From an uncultured Bacteroidales bacterium (lineage in GTDB: Bacteria; Bacteroidota; Bacteroidia; Bacteroidales; Paludibacteraceae), in contig CAMHQP010000001.1 in the NCBI GenBank assembly GCA_946187555.1, forward strand, positions 2,651 through 66,650: a stretch of DNA of 64,000 nt, given 5' to 3'. The position numbers and the translations under genes were made by a program. Positions 16,552-24,871 of this stretch are shown here, piece after piece. Numbering within the stretch: position 1 is the stretch's first letter; each line of letters begins with the position of its first letter. The notes beneath the pieces were generated by a model, which worked only from the letters and a program-made list of their open reading frames with translations, was not told where the DNA came from and made no database searches.

Positions 16552-17716
16552 AGTATATATTGTTATTGCGTTGTATGTGCTGGTGCCGGTGTTGATTATT
16601 GAGGCATTCAAGCGCTGGGAATGGATGCATAAAGTGGGCACGGTGGTAGCCGCTTATGCCATTGGTATATTGTTTGCGCTGACGGGTTTTGTGCATTTTG
16701 AACCGGGAACGGTAGAGGTGGCGACGTTCAGTAAGATCCAGTCACTGCTGATGTCGGTGACGGTACCGTTAGCCATCCCGTTGATGCTGTTCAACTGCGA
16801 TTTTAAGTTATGGACGAAAGCACTGCCGAAGACGCTGTGGTCGTTGGTGGGCGGTATCGGTGCGGTGCTGGCTGCGGTAATCAGCGGTTATTATATCTTC
16901 CGCACACCCGACGTACCGGAGTTCAATAAGGTAGCAGCGATGATGACGGGTATCTACACCGGCGGAACGATGAACTTCAATGCCTTGGGTGCGTCGCTCG
17001 GTGTCGATAAGACGGTGATGGCGATTGTGCTGGCGTTTGAGATGGTGCTGACCACGCCGTATATCTTATTTATTATCGGTGGCGGTTATAAGGTGTTCCG
17101 TAAGATCCTGCCGTACGACGATGTCACGCGCCGCGGACGTAAAGACGAGGACGTGGAGACCAAGGATATCGAGAACTACGACGGTATGTTCGCTAAAAAG
17201 AACGTCGGAGGTATGTTCATCGGTCTGGGTCTGAGTGTGCTGTTCTTAGCGATCGGTGCCGGTCTGGCATTGTTGCTGACGGGCACCTTAAATGAGTTGG
17301 TGGTTATTTTGACCATCACCACCCTCTCCATCATTGCGTCGTTCTTCAAGAAAGTACGTGAACTGCCGAAGACCTTTGAATTGGGTATGTTCTTTATTCT
17401 GATTTTCTCGGTGATCGTAGCCTCGCTGTTTGATATCCACAGCGTGAACGGCGGTAGCCTGATGATCGGTGGGTTCGTAGCGTGGGTGATGATTATGGCG
17501 GCGGGTCTGCATCTGTTGCTCTGCCGGATCATGCACGTGAGCGGAGATTTGTTCTGCGTGAGTCAGATCGCGCTGCTATGTTCTCCGCCTTTTGTGCCGC
17601 CGGTAGTGGGCGCAATGAAGAATAAGAAAGTGCTGATTTCGGGTATCGCCATCGGATTGGTAGGATACGCAGTAGGTACGTATTTGGGTGTGTTAATTGC
17701 TTATATTTTAGGATGA
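16544..17716 (+). CDS. polytopic inner-membrane protein, DUF819-like
   Basis: 390 aa and about 10 hydrophobic helices. The N-terminal pattern ...KRWEWMHKVGTVVAAYAIGILFA resembles DUF819 (YjcL-like) proteins. Overlaps the upstream gene by 8 nt. Confidence 0.5.
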   Translation: MIRVYIVIALYVLVPVLIIEAFKRWEWMHKVGTVVAAYAIGILFALTGFVHFEPGTVEVATFSKIQSLLMSVTVPLAIPLMLFNCDFKLWTKALPKTLWSLVGGIGAVLAAVISGYYIFRTPDVPEFNKVAAMMTGIYTGGTMNFNALGASLGVDKTVMAIVLAFEMVLTTPYILFIIGGGYKVFRKILPYDDVTRRGRKDEDVETKDIENYDGMFAKKNVGGMFIGLGLSVLFLAIGAGLALLLTGTLNELVVILTITTLSIIASFFKKVRELPKTFELGMFFILIFSVIVASLFDIHSVNGGSLMIGGFVAWVMIMAAGLHLLLCRIMHVSGDLFCVSQIALLCSPPFVPPVVGAMKNKKVLISGIAIGLVGYAVGTYLGVLIAYILG

Positions 17717-19197
17717 AAAAGATTTTTATTATACTATTAGCGGTGGTTATGCCGCTGGCGGTGATGGCAAAGAGACAACCGAAACCGCAGGAAGTGGACT
17801 CGTTGGGACGTAAGATCAAGACCGGTTGGAACTTCGGTATTTTGCCGAGTGTAGCCTATGATGCCGATTATGGTTTTCAGGGCGGTCTATTGACGAACGT
17901 GTATTATTACGGAGACGGTTCGCAGTATCCGGAGTATATCCACTCGTTGTATCTGGAGGCTGCGTACACGACCAAGCATCACGGTATCTTCCGTTTCAAT
18001 TACGACTCGAAGTACCTCATTCCGGGTTATCGGTTGACACTGGATGCCACCTATCTGCCGGATGCCATGTGCGATTTCTACGGTTTTAACGGGTATGAGT
18101 CGAAATACCACTACGACTGGCATAACTGGAGTAAGAAACCCGAGAAGATGGACGTGGCGGAATACCGTTCCCGTGTATTCTATAAGTATAAACGCGACCT
18201 GATTCGTGTGGCGGGTGATATAGAAGGGACGATTTACAAGGACCTTAAGTGGAATGCCGGTGTAGGCGTGTTGGGTTATTTAGTGGATGACTGCGATATC
18301 GACATGCTGAACGGAAAGAACAAGTACGACCCGAGTTTGCCGCATCAGAAAGCACTCAACCCCAACGAAGAATTGCTGTACGACAAATACAAACAATGGG
18401 GTCTGATCGGTGATGATGAGAAGAACGGCGGTTGGCATCCGTATCTCCGCGCCGGTATCACGTACGACACGCGTGACAAACGTCAGGGACCGAACAAAGG
18501 TATTTATACTGATTTGTTCTTCACCTATTCGGCGGCGTTCAATGCCAAGTACGGCAATCAGGCTTCCGCTGGGTACAACCACCTGCAGTTCAATTTCACC
18601 TTCCGCCATTACGTACCGTGTTACATCGATAAGAAGGGTGTACACCGTATCACGTTTGCTTACCGTGTCGGCCTGCAGAACCTCATTGCCGGACAGTCAC
18701 CGTTCTATATGAACAACTACCTGAACGCACTCTTTATCCAACGCGTGTATTACGAAGGACTGGGTGGCGGTAACTCGATTCGCGGTATGATGGCAAACAG
18801 GATTTTGGCAAACGGTTTCGCATTTGCGAACGTAGAGTTCCGCTTCCGGTTGGTTAATTTCGATATCGGTCGCCAGCATTTCTTCATCGGACTGAATCCC
18901 TTCTTTGACTTAGGTGTCATTACACAACCGTATGACTTGAATGAGTTAGTACAAACCCACACGCATGGCAAGTATGCTGACCTCTTGGCAAGTATGACCG
19001 CAGCCGGCGATGACTACGATACGTATTTTGACACAAAGGATAAGAACGCTTATTTGCCGCACATGACCGCCGGTTTAGGTCTGAAGATCGGTATGAACGA
19101 GAATTTCGTGCTTTCCGCCGATTGGGGTATGCCGCTTAATAAGCAGGACAATGCCAAATGGGCGAATTTCTACGTCAAAATGGGTTACTTGTTCTAA
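17713..19197 (+). CDS. outer-membrane beta-barrel protein, Omp85/surface-antigen (D15)-like
   Basis: 494 aa. Signal peptide MKKIFIILLAVVMPLAVMA, amphipathic beta-strand pattern throughout, C-terminal ...YVKMGYLF. ATGA overlap with the upstream gene. Confidence 0.55.
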   Translation: MKKIFIILLAVVMPLAVMAKRQPKPQEVDSLGRKIKTGWNFGILPSVAYDADYGFQGGLLTNVYYYGDGSQYPEYIHSLYLEAAYTTKHHGIFRFNYDSKYLIPGYRLTLDATYLPDAMCDFYGFNGYESKYHYDWHNWSKKPEKMDVAEYRSRVFYKYKRDLIRVAGDIEGTIYKDLKWNAGVGVLGYLVDDCDIDMLNGKNKYDPSLPHQKALNPNEELLYDKYKQWGLIGDDEKNGGWHPYLRAGITYDTRDKRQGPNKGIYTDLFFTYSAAFNAKYGNQASAGYNHLQFNFTFRHYVPCYIDKKGVHRITFAYRVGLQNLIAGQSPFYMNNYLNALFIQRVYYEGLGGGNSIRGMMANRILANGFAFANVEFRFRLVNFDIGRQHFFIGLNPFFDLGVITQPYDLNELVQTHTHGKYADLLASMTAAGDDYDTYFDTKDKNAYLPHMTAGLGLKIGMNENFVLSADWGMPLNKQDNAKWANFYVKMGYLF

Positions 19198-19201
19198 AAA
19201 A

Positions 19202-19233
19202 TTTGCATATATAAAAAATTATTCGTAATTTTG
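19202..19233 (+). promoter_or_regulatory. Bacteroidetes-type promoter (TTTGCATAT ... TAATTTTG)
   Basis: TTTG 19202-19205 and TAATTTTG 19226-19233, 20-nt spacer, 18 nt before the ATG at 19252. Confidence 0.65.
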
Positions 19234-19251
19234 CACGCAAAATTGTTTGGT

Positions 19252-21285
19252 ATGAAAAATAAGAAACCACATACCGGCTTATGGATTATCATCGTGGCAG
19301 CCGTTGCGCTGGAAGCGATCTCGTGTATTACGTATTTCACGAGTCGTGCGGCGATCAAGCATGAGGCGGAGCAACGCGCAAAAACCGAACTGCGCAAGGC
19401 GGAGTTGGAAATCGAGATGCATACAATCGAGATGGAGACGGCAGCCAAGGCTCTGGCACTGCTGGCGGAGAAATACGTTGATTGTCCAGACTCTATCTAT
19501 AAGGTTACCGATCTTGCCGTGCGTACGTTGCGGACCCACACCAGCATGGCCGTGGCCTATGTGCCGGATTATTTCCCGAAGGAAGGTCGCTATTATGAAA
19601 TCTGCAGCAGTCGTATCAGTGAAGACAGCGTCTATACGCGTCAGATAGGCAGTGCGGATCACGATTACACGGAATTGGAGTGGTGGCAGAACGGTTTTGT
19701 TCATGACAGTTGCTGGTGGTGTGAGCCGTATATGGACGATTCCGGTTCGGAGGCTCCGGTGGTGAGTTGCTCCTATCCGGTACGGGACAAAGCGGGCAAG
19801 ATAGTTGCTGTTGTGTGCGTTGATATGACGCTCGACTACCTGCAGAAGAAGCTGCCGGAGTACCTGCAAGTCTATAAGAACAGTTATTACTCAATCAAAT
19901 CGAGCAAAGGCGGTGATATCGTGCGGGTGATCGATACGATCCCGGGACGCAAGTACAACGTGTTCAACGAAGAGATCGACGCGACGGGTTGGCATATCGA
20001 GATCATCATTCCGGAGGATGAGATGTTCGCCGACCTTAACCGTATCGGTAAGATCATCGGTCTGTTGATGCTGCTGGGTCTGGGTGTGCTGATCTTTATC
20101 ATCTGGCATGCGGGACGTAATAACAAACGCCTGTTGGAGACCACCGCCGAGAACCAGCGTATGGAGAGTGAGTTGCAGATCGCGAGCACGATCCAGATGG
20201 CGATGTTGCCGAAAGTATTCCCGCCGTTCATGGATCGATTGGATCTGAACCTGTACGGTATGGTCGATCCGGCCAAAGAGATCGGCGGCGACCTGTACGA
20301 TTTCTATGTACGCCATAATAAACTGTTCTTCTGTATCGGCGACGTGAGCGGTAAGGGTGTTCCGGCGGCACTGGTAATGGCCATGACCCGTTCGCTGTTC
20401 CGCAGTATCACTTCCCACGAGGAAGACCCCGCGGAGATAGTACGTAAGATGAACCGCGCCATCGTTGATCAGAACACGCAGAATATGTTCCTTACTTTGT
20501 TCTTGGGTGCACTCGACTGCGAGACCGGTGAACTCGGTTACTGCAATGCGGGACATAATGCGCCGGTTGCGATTAGCGATGAGGGATTAGCGATTAGCGA
20601 GTTAGAGGTAGTGCCGAACCTGCCATTGGGTATCGAGCCGGAGTTTGTGTTTAAGGCACAACAGATGACGCTGAAACATGGAGACACGCTCTTCCTTTAC
20701 ACCGACGGCCTGACCGAGGCGGAGAACAAACGCCATGAGTTATACGGCGAAGGGAGAATGTTGAAGGAATTAATGGATGAAAGGATGAAAGGGTTGAGTC
20801 CGCGGCATTTGGTGAACGCTATGCAAGCGAGCGTGGAAGCCTTCCGCGAGGGAGCCGAGCAGAGCGATGATCTGACGATGCTCGTCGTTCGTTATCAGAC
20901 ACCGGCGCTCATTATGCGCAACGATATTGAGCAGATACCTACTCTTTCGGAGTGGATTGAAGGCTTGGGTATCCCCGAAGAACTGAATATGCCGGTTAAC
21001 CTCGCTTTGGAAGAGATCGTAAGCAACGTGATGCTGTATGCATATCCGCACTCGAGCGGACGCGTGATCGTTGAGTTCAGTAAAGGTGATCGATTGATAT
21101 TTACCATCACGGACAGCGGTATTCCTTTTGACCCGACCAAACAGAAAGAAGCGGACATCACGCTCAGCGCCGAAGAACGTCAGATTGGCGGACTCGGTAT
21201 TCATCTGGTGCGGCAGATCATGGACGAAGTGATCTATGAACGGGTTGAGGACAAAAATGTATTGACACTAATTAAACATATATGA
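19252..21285 (+). CDS. membrane sensor PP2C/SpoIIE-family phosphatase fused to an RsbW/SpoIIAB-type GHKL kinase domain
   Basis: ATG at 19252; the track start 19231 is a TTG inside the promoter. Two TM helices flank a ~230-aa extracytoplasmic region. PP2C motif GDVSGKGVPAALVMA. C-terminal LALEEIVSNVMLYAY, ITDSGIPFDP and GGLGIHLVRQIM form the HATPase N, G1 and G2 boxes. Confidence 0.85.
   Translation: MKNKKPHTGLWIIIVAAVALEAISCITYFTSRAAIKHEAEQRAKTELRKAELEIEMHTIEMETAAKALALLAEKYVDCPDSIYKVTDLAVRTLRTHTSMAVAYVPDYFPKEGRYYEICSSRISEDSVYTRQIGSADHDYTELEWWQNGFVHDSCWWCEPYMDDSGSEAPVVSCSYPVRDKAGKIVAVVCVDMTLDYLQKKLPEYLQVYKNSYYSIKSSKGGDIVRVIDTIPGRKYNVFNEEIDATGWHIEIIIPEDEMFADLNRIGKIIGLLMLLGLGVLIFIIWHAGRNNKRLLETTAENQRMESELQIASTIQMAMLPKVFPPFMDRLDLNLYGMVDPAKEIGGDLYDFYVRHNKLFFCIGDVSGKGVPAALVMAMTRSLFRSITSHEEDPAEIVRKMNRAIVDQNTQNMFLTLFLGALDCETGELGYCNAGHNAPVAISDEGLAISELEVVPNLPLGIEPEFVFKAQQMTLKHGDTLFLYTDGLTEAENKRHELYGEGRMLKELMDERMKGLSPRHLVNAMQASVEAFREGAEQSDDLTMLVVRYQTPALIMRNDIEQIPTLSEWIEGLGIPEELNMPVNLALEEIVSNVMLYAYPHSSGRVIVEFSKGDRLIFTITDSGIPFDPTKQKEADITLSAEERQIGGLGIHLVRQIMDEVIYERVEDKNVLTLIKHI
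20571..20604. repeat. 7-nt array GATTAGC GATGAGG GATTAGC GATTAGC GAGTTA
   Basis: Read directly. Encodes AISDEGLAISEL inside the PP2C domain. 20585-20604 is identical to 1208-1227. Confidence 0.9.
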
Positions 21286-21584
21286 AAACGGAAATTGTAA
21301 AAAACGGAGATCAACTGATTGCTAAGTTTGCCGGTCGGTTAGACACTCCTGCAGCCGTGCAAACCACGGAAGATGTAAAACCCTTATTGGAGGCGCAGAA
21401 CAAAGAGATTATCCTCGATTGCACCGAACTGGAGTATATCTCGTCGAGTGGTCTGCGTATCTTCCTGAGCATCCGCAAGGAAGCCGCAGCGCATGGCAGT
21501 AAGGTGATTGTTCGTAACATCAACGACGACATCCGTCAGGTATTCATGATGACAGGCTTTATCAGTCTGTTTGAAATTCAATAA
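21282..21584 (+). CDS. STAS-domain protein (anti-sigma-factor-antagonist / RsbV-SpoIIAA-like)
   Basis: 100 aa. LDCTELEYISSSGLRIFLSIRK contains the conserved phosphorylatable serine context. ATGA overlap with the upstream gene. Confidence 0.85.
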   Translation: MKTEIVKNGDQLIAKFAGRLDTPAAVQTTEDVKPLLEAQNKEIILDCTELEYISSSGLRIFLSIRKEAAAHGSKVIVRNINDDIRQVFMMTGFISLFEIQ

Positions 21585-21586
21585 GC

Positions 21587-22624
21587 ATGGATCTGCATAC
21601 TGAAATGTTGCTGGAGGAGTACCGCGAAGCGATACCTGTCTTTGAGCGCATGCAAGAAGAGGTGCTCGCTACGTTGCGCGATGCGCTACAGCGTAACGGC
21701 TTGATTGTGACGGCTATCGAGTCCCGCATCAAGACCGAAGAGAGCCTGGCAGGTAAGCTGGCATTGAAAGGCGGTAAGTATGCCTCTCTCAATGACATCA
21801 CCGATATCCTCGGCGCACGTATCGTGACCTTCTATACGGACGATGTGGATCGTATCGCAGCGATGGCAGAGCAGCTGTTCGAGATAGACTGGGAGAACTC
21901 GGTTGATAAACGTATGCTGCACGAGTTAGACAGTTTTGGTTATAACTCGCTGCATTACATCTGCAAAATGCCGGGTTACGACTATCGCTTTGAGTTACAA
22001 CTGCGTACAACCCTCCAGCATGCATGGGCATCGATCAACCACGATATCGGTTATAAGTCCGGCGTAGAGATCCCGCGTGAGTACATGCGGCGTATCAACC
22101 GTATGGCGGGTTTGTTGGAGATGGCTGACGATGAGTTCAGTCGTATCCGCACGGAGATTACGGACTACCGGCGTCGCGTACAACACCTGGTGCAGAACGG
22201 CAAATTGGACGATGTACAATTAGACGGCGATACGTTCAACAGTTATCTGCAGGTTCGTCCGTTCGATTCGCTCAATAAACGTATTGCGGCGATTAATCAG
22301 GCAGAGATACAGGAAGTACCGCTTATCCGATACCTACGGGTATTCAAGGCTTTGGGTTGCAATACCTTGGGCGATATCGAGCGTCTGAAGAAACAATACC
22401 AAGAGGATGCTTACCGTCTGGCGCGCCACCAGTTGGGCAACACCGATCTGGATATCATCTCTTCGGCAGTCGGTGCGCAGAACATCTGCATCGTATGTAT
22501 CCTGGCTACCGGTGGCGGCAAATTGGGTCTGGTACGTCTGTTTGATGCCCTCAACGGACATAATACCCAGAATGAAGCCATCGCCGAAATGACATATGAA
22601 CAAGCAAAAAACTTACAGTTATGA
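21587..22624 (+). CDS. RelA/SpoT-domain protein (stand-alone alarmone synthetase-like) with an uncharacterised C-terminal extension
   Basis: 345 aa. SRIKTEESLAGKL, ITDILGARIVTFY, FGYNSLHYI and ELQLRTTLQHAWASINHDIGYK match the synthetase (nucleotidyltransferase) core of RelQ/RelP-type enzymes. Confidence 0.8.
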   Translation: MDLHTEMLLEEYREAIPVFERMQEEVLATLRDALQRNGLIVTAIESRIKTEESLAGKLALKGGKYASLNDITDILGARIVTFYTDDVDRIAAMAEQLFEIDWENSVDKRMLHELDSFGYNSLHYICKMPGYDYRFELQLRTTLQHAWASINHDIGYKSGVEIPREYMRRINRMAGLLEMADDEFSRIRTEITDYRRRVQHLVQNGKLDDVQLDGDTFNSYLQVRPFDSLNKRIAAINQAEIQEVPLIRYLRVFKALGCNTLGDIERLKKQYQEDAYRLARHQLGNTDLDIISSAVGAQNICIVCILATGGGKLGLVRLFDALNGHNTQNEAIAEMTYEQAKNLQL

Positions 22625-23493
22625 CACCTATTAAAATTGATTTGAACGACTACGTGCGTACGGGCGAAGGCGCTAACGGCGCGAGTTTTAACCATAAGAC
22701 CGATCCGAACATCATGATGAAACTGTACCTGCGTAATTTTGAGTCCGCACGTACAGAGTTGGAGATGGCGAAGAAAGTGTATGAACTCGGTATCCCGAGT
22801 CCCGAACCGGGTGATCTGGTAACCGACGGCGAGCGGATGGGTATTCGTTTCCGCCGTATCGACGGTAAGAAATCCTACTCCCGTGCTTGCGGTGATGATC
22901 CGGAGCATACGGAGGAGTACGCTCGGGAATTTGCCCAGATGTGTCTTCAGTTGCACAACACACATGTCGATACCACGCAGTTCGAGAACGTCAAAGACCG
23001 TCAGTATAACTGGCTGAAAGAGAACCCGTTCTTTACAGAGGAGGAGAAAGACAAACTGCGTGCGTTCATTGCAGCAGCGCCTGACACCGACACCGCTATT
23101 CACGGCGATCTGCAGTTCAGCAACGGTATCTTCGTCGATAAAGACGGCAAGCGGGAGAAATACTTCATTGACCTAGGTGATTTCTGCTATGGTTATCCGA
23201 TGTTCGATATAGGTATGGTGTATCTGTGCTGCAAGCTGAATGACGAGAGTTGGACGCTGGAGCAATACCACATGAGCAATGCTACCGCCGGGCGCTTCTG
23301 GGACGCGTTTGCCGATGAGTATTTCCACTCTCCGGACTGCCCGATAGCGGGTTGCGGACCGAATGTCGATATGGAAGCGATTGAAAAGACCGTACGCGTC
23401 TATGCAGGTCTGAAGACCTTGCTTATTGAGAGTTGTACCCACCGCCCGATGCCGGAGTTCAGAGCGGTATTGGCAGAAAACATCCTGAAATAA
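22621..23493 (+). CDS. APH-fold (aminoglycoside phosphotransferase / choline-kinase-like) kinase family protein
   Basis: 290 aa. Catalytic loop AIHGDLQFSNGIF and metal-binding FIDLGDF. ATGA overlap with the upstream gene. Confidence 0.75.
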   Translation: MTPIKIDLNDYVRTGEGANGASFNHKTDPNIMMKLYLRNFESARTELEMAKKVYELGIPSPEPGDLVTDGERMGIRFRRIDGKKSYSRACGDDPEHTEEYAREFAQMCLQLHNTHVDTTQFENVKDRQYNWLKENPFFTEEEKDKLRAFIAAAPDTDTAIHGDLQFSNGIFVDKDGKREKYFIDLGDFCYGYPMFDIGMVYLCCKLNDESWTLEQYHMSNATAGRFWDAFADEYFHSPDCPIAGCGPNVDMEAIEKTVRVYAGLKTLLIESCTHRPMPEFRAVLAENILK

Positions 23494-24071
23494 TGGCAAA
23501 TAAATACCTGGACACCGACTTGTTGGATCGCGCAATTGTTTTCGCAGTAAAGGCGCACCATAACACGGAGCGGAGAGGCAAGGGTTTTCCGTATATCGTG
23601 CATCCGATGGAGGCCGTGGAGATTGTGGCTACTATCACACCGGATCAGGAACTATTGGCCGCAGCGGCTTTGCACGACACCATCGAAGATACAGACGTGA
23701 CGGTAGAGCAGATCCGTGAGGCATTCGGCGAGCGCATTGCAGAGTTGGTACATGCGGAGAGTGATCAGTTCACCGAGGGCGTCAGTGAGGAGGATAGTTG
23801 GCATGATCGTAAGCAAGCTGCTATCAATCGTCTGGCTGCCGCTCCGTACGATGCGAAGATAGTAGCGATGGGGGATAAGTTGAGTAACATGCGGGCTATC
23901 TGGCGTGACTATCAGGTCAAAGGCGATGCGTTATGGAATATCTTCCACGTCAAGGACAAAGCGTCACATGAATGGCATTATCGCGGGTTGGCTGCTTCGC
24001 TCAAAGAGTTAGAGGGCACATTTGCCTATCAAGAATTTGCACGATTAATAGATGATGTTTTTGCACATTGA
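23493..24071 (+). CDS. HD-domain hydrolase of the SpoT/Mesh1 (small alarmone hydrolase) type
   Basis: ATG at 23493 overlaps the upstream TAA (TAATG). AVKAHHNTERRGKGFPYIVHPMEAVEIV ... AAALHDTIEDT matches the (p)ppGpp hydrolase HD_4 signature. 192 aa. Confidence 0.75.
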   Translation: MANKYLDTDLLDRAIVFAVKAHHNTERRGKGFPYIVHPMEAVEIVATITPDQELLAAAALHDTIEDTDVTVEQIREAFGERIAELVHAESDQFTEGVSEEDSWHDRKQAAINRLAAAPYDAKIVAMGDKLSNMRAIWRDYQVKGDALWNIFHVKDKASHEWHYRGLAASLKELEGTFAYQEFARLIDDVFAH

Positions 24072-24871
24072 AAATTATCTTTGAACATATAGACAACGCC
24101 CGCGATTTAGGAGGAATGATCGGCGCCGGCGGACGAGCGATTCGTTCGCATCGCTTGATACGTACAGCGCATTTACACGAAGCCTCGGATGCCGATGTGA
24201 AACGACTCAAAGAGGAGTATAACCTCTGCCGTATCTTCGATTTCCGTTCGTTGGGCGAGTTTGAGGCTGTGCCGGATCGGGAGATAGAAGGCGTACAGCA
24301 TCATCTGCTGCCGACCATTGACATGCGAGCCGAGCAGCAGACCGGCAAACCCATACCCGACGAGGCGTTCTTGGAACTCGATCGTCATATCGTCAATTAT
24401 TCCTTCTATCCGGAGGTACAGATGATGGCGGCGAACATGTACCCGTCGCTGATTCGCTCAGAGTTCAGCCAGTTGCAGTACGCTGCCTTCTTGCGCCTGA
24501 TCATCGAAGCCCCCGAAGACGGCGGCATCCTTTGGCACTGCGCACAAGGAAAGGATCGTACGGGTTGGGGAGCAGCGTTCTTGATGTTCGCTTTAGGTAT
24601 CTCCCGAGAAGATATCATAGAAGATTTTGAGCAGAGCAACGAGCATTATCGACCGATCGTTAATAAACTGAACGCAGACGTTATTGCCCGCGGTGGCGGT
24701 GAAGCAGAGATGAAAGTGATACAAGCTTTCATGGGTGTAAGTACCCCAAATTTCATCTCCACCCTCGAGCTCATTGACCGCGAGTTCGGCGGCATGACCA
24801 ATTATCTGCATGAGATCCTGTGTCTCACGCACGATGATATACAAATCCTTAGAAAACGATACTTATTATGA
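24068..24871 (+). CDS. CX5R phosphatase (tyrosine-phosphatase-like, Y_phosphatase3 family)
   Basis: 267 aa. NARDLGG near the N-terminus and P-loop HCAQGKDRTGW. TTG start overlaps the upstream TGA. Confidence 0.75.
   Translation: MKIIFEHIDNARDLGGMIGAGGRAIRSHRLIRTAHLHEASDADVKRLKEEYNLCRIFDFRSLGEFEAVPDREIEGVQHHLLPTIDMRAEQQTGKPIPDEAFLELDRHIVNYSFYPEVQMMAANMYPSLIRSEFSQLQYAAFLRLIIEAPEDGGILWHCAQGKDRTGWGAAFLMFALGISREDIIEDFEQSNEHYRPIVNKLNADVIARGGGEAEMKVIQAFMGVSTPNFISTLELIDREFGGMTNYLHEILCLTHDDIQILRKRYLL

Noticed and set aside
21587-24071. The synthetase/hydrolase pair as a classical toxSAS toxin-antitoxin (mobile defence) module.
   Set aside because: The pair is embedded in a six-gene sensor cassette and separated by a kinase gene. 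It has no mobile-element context, and the block continues without a break into housekeeping genes. The idea is kept only as an alternative to test.
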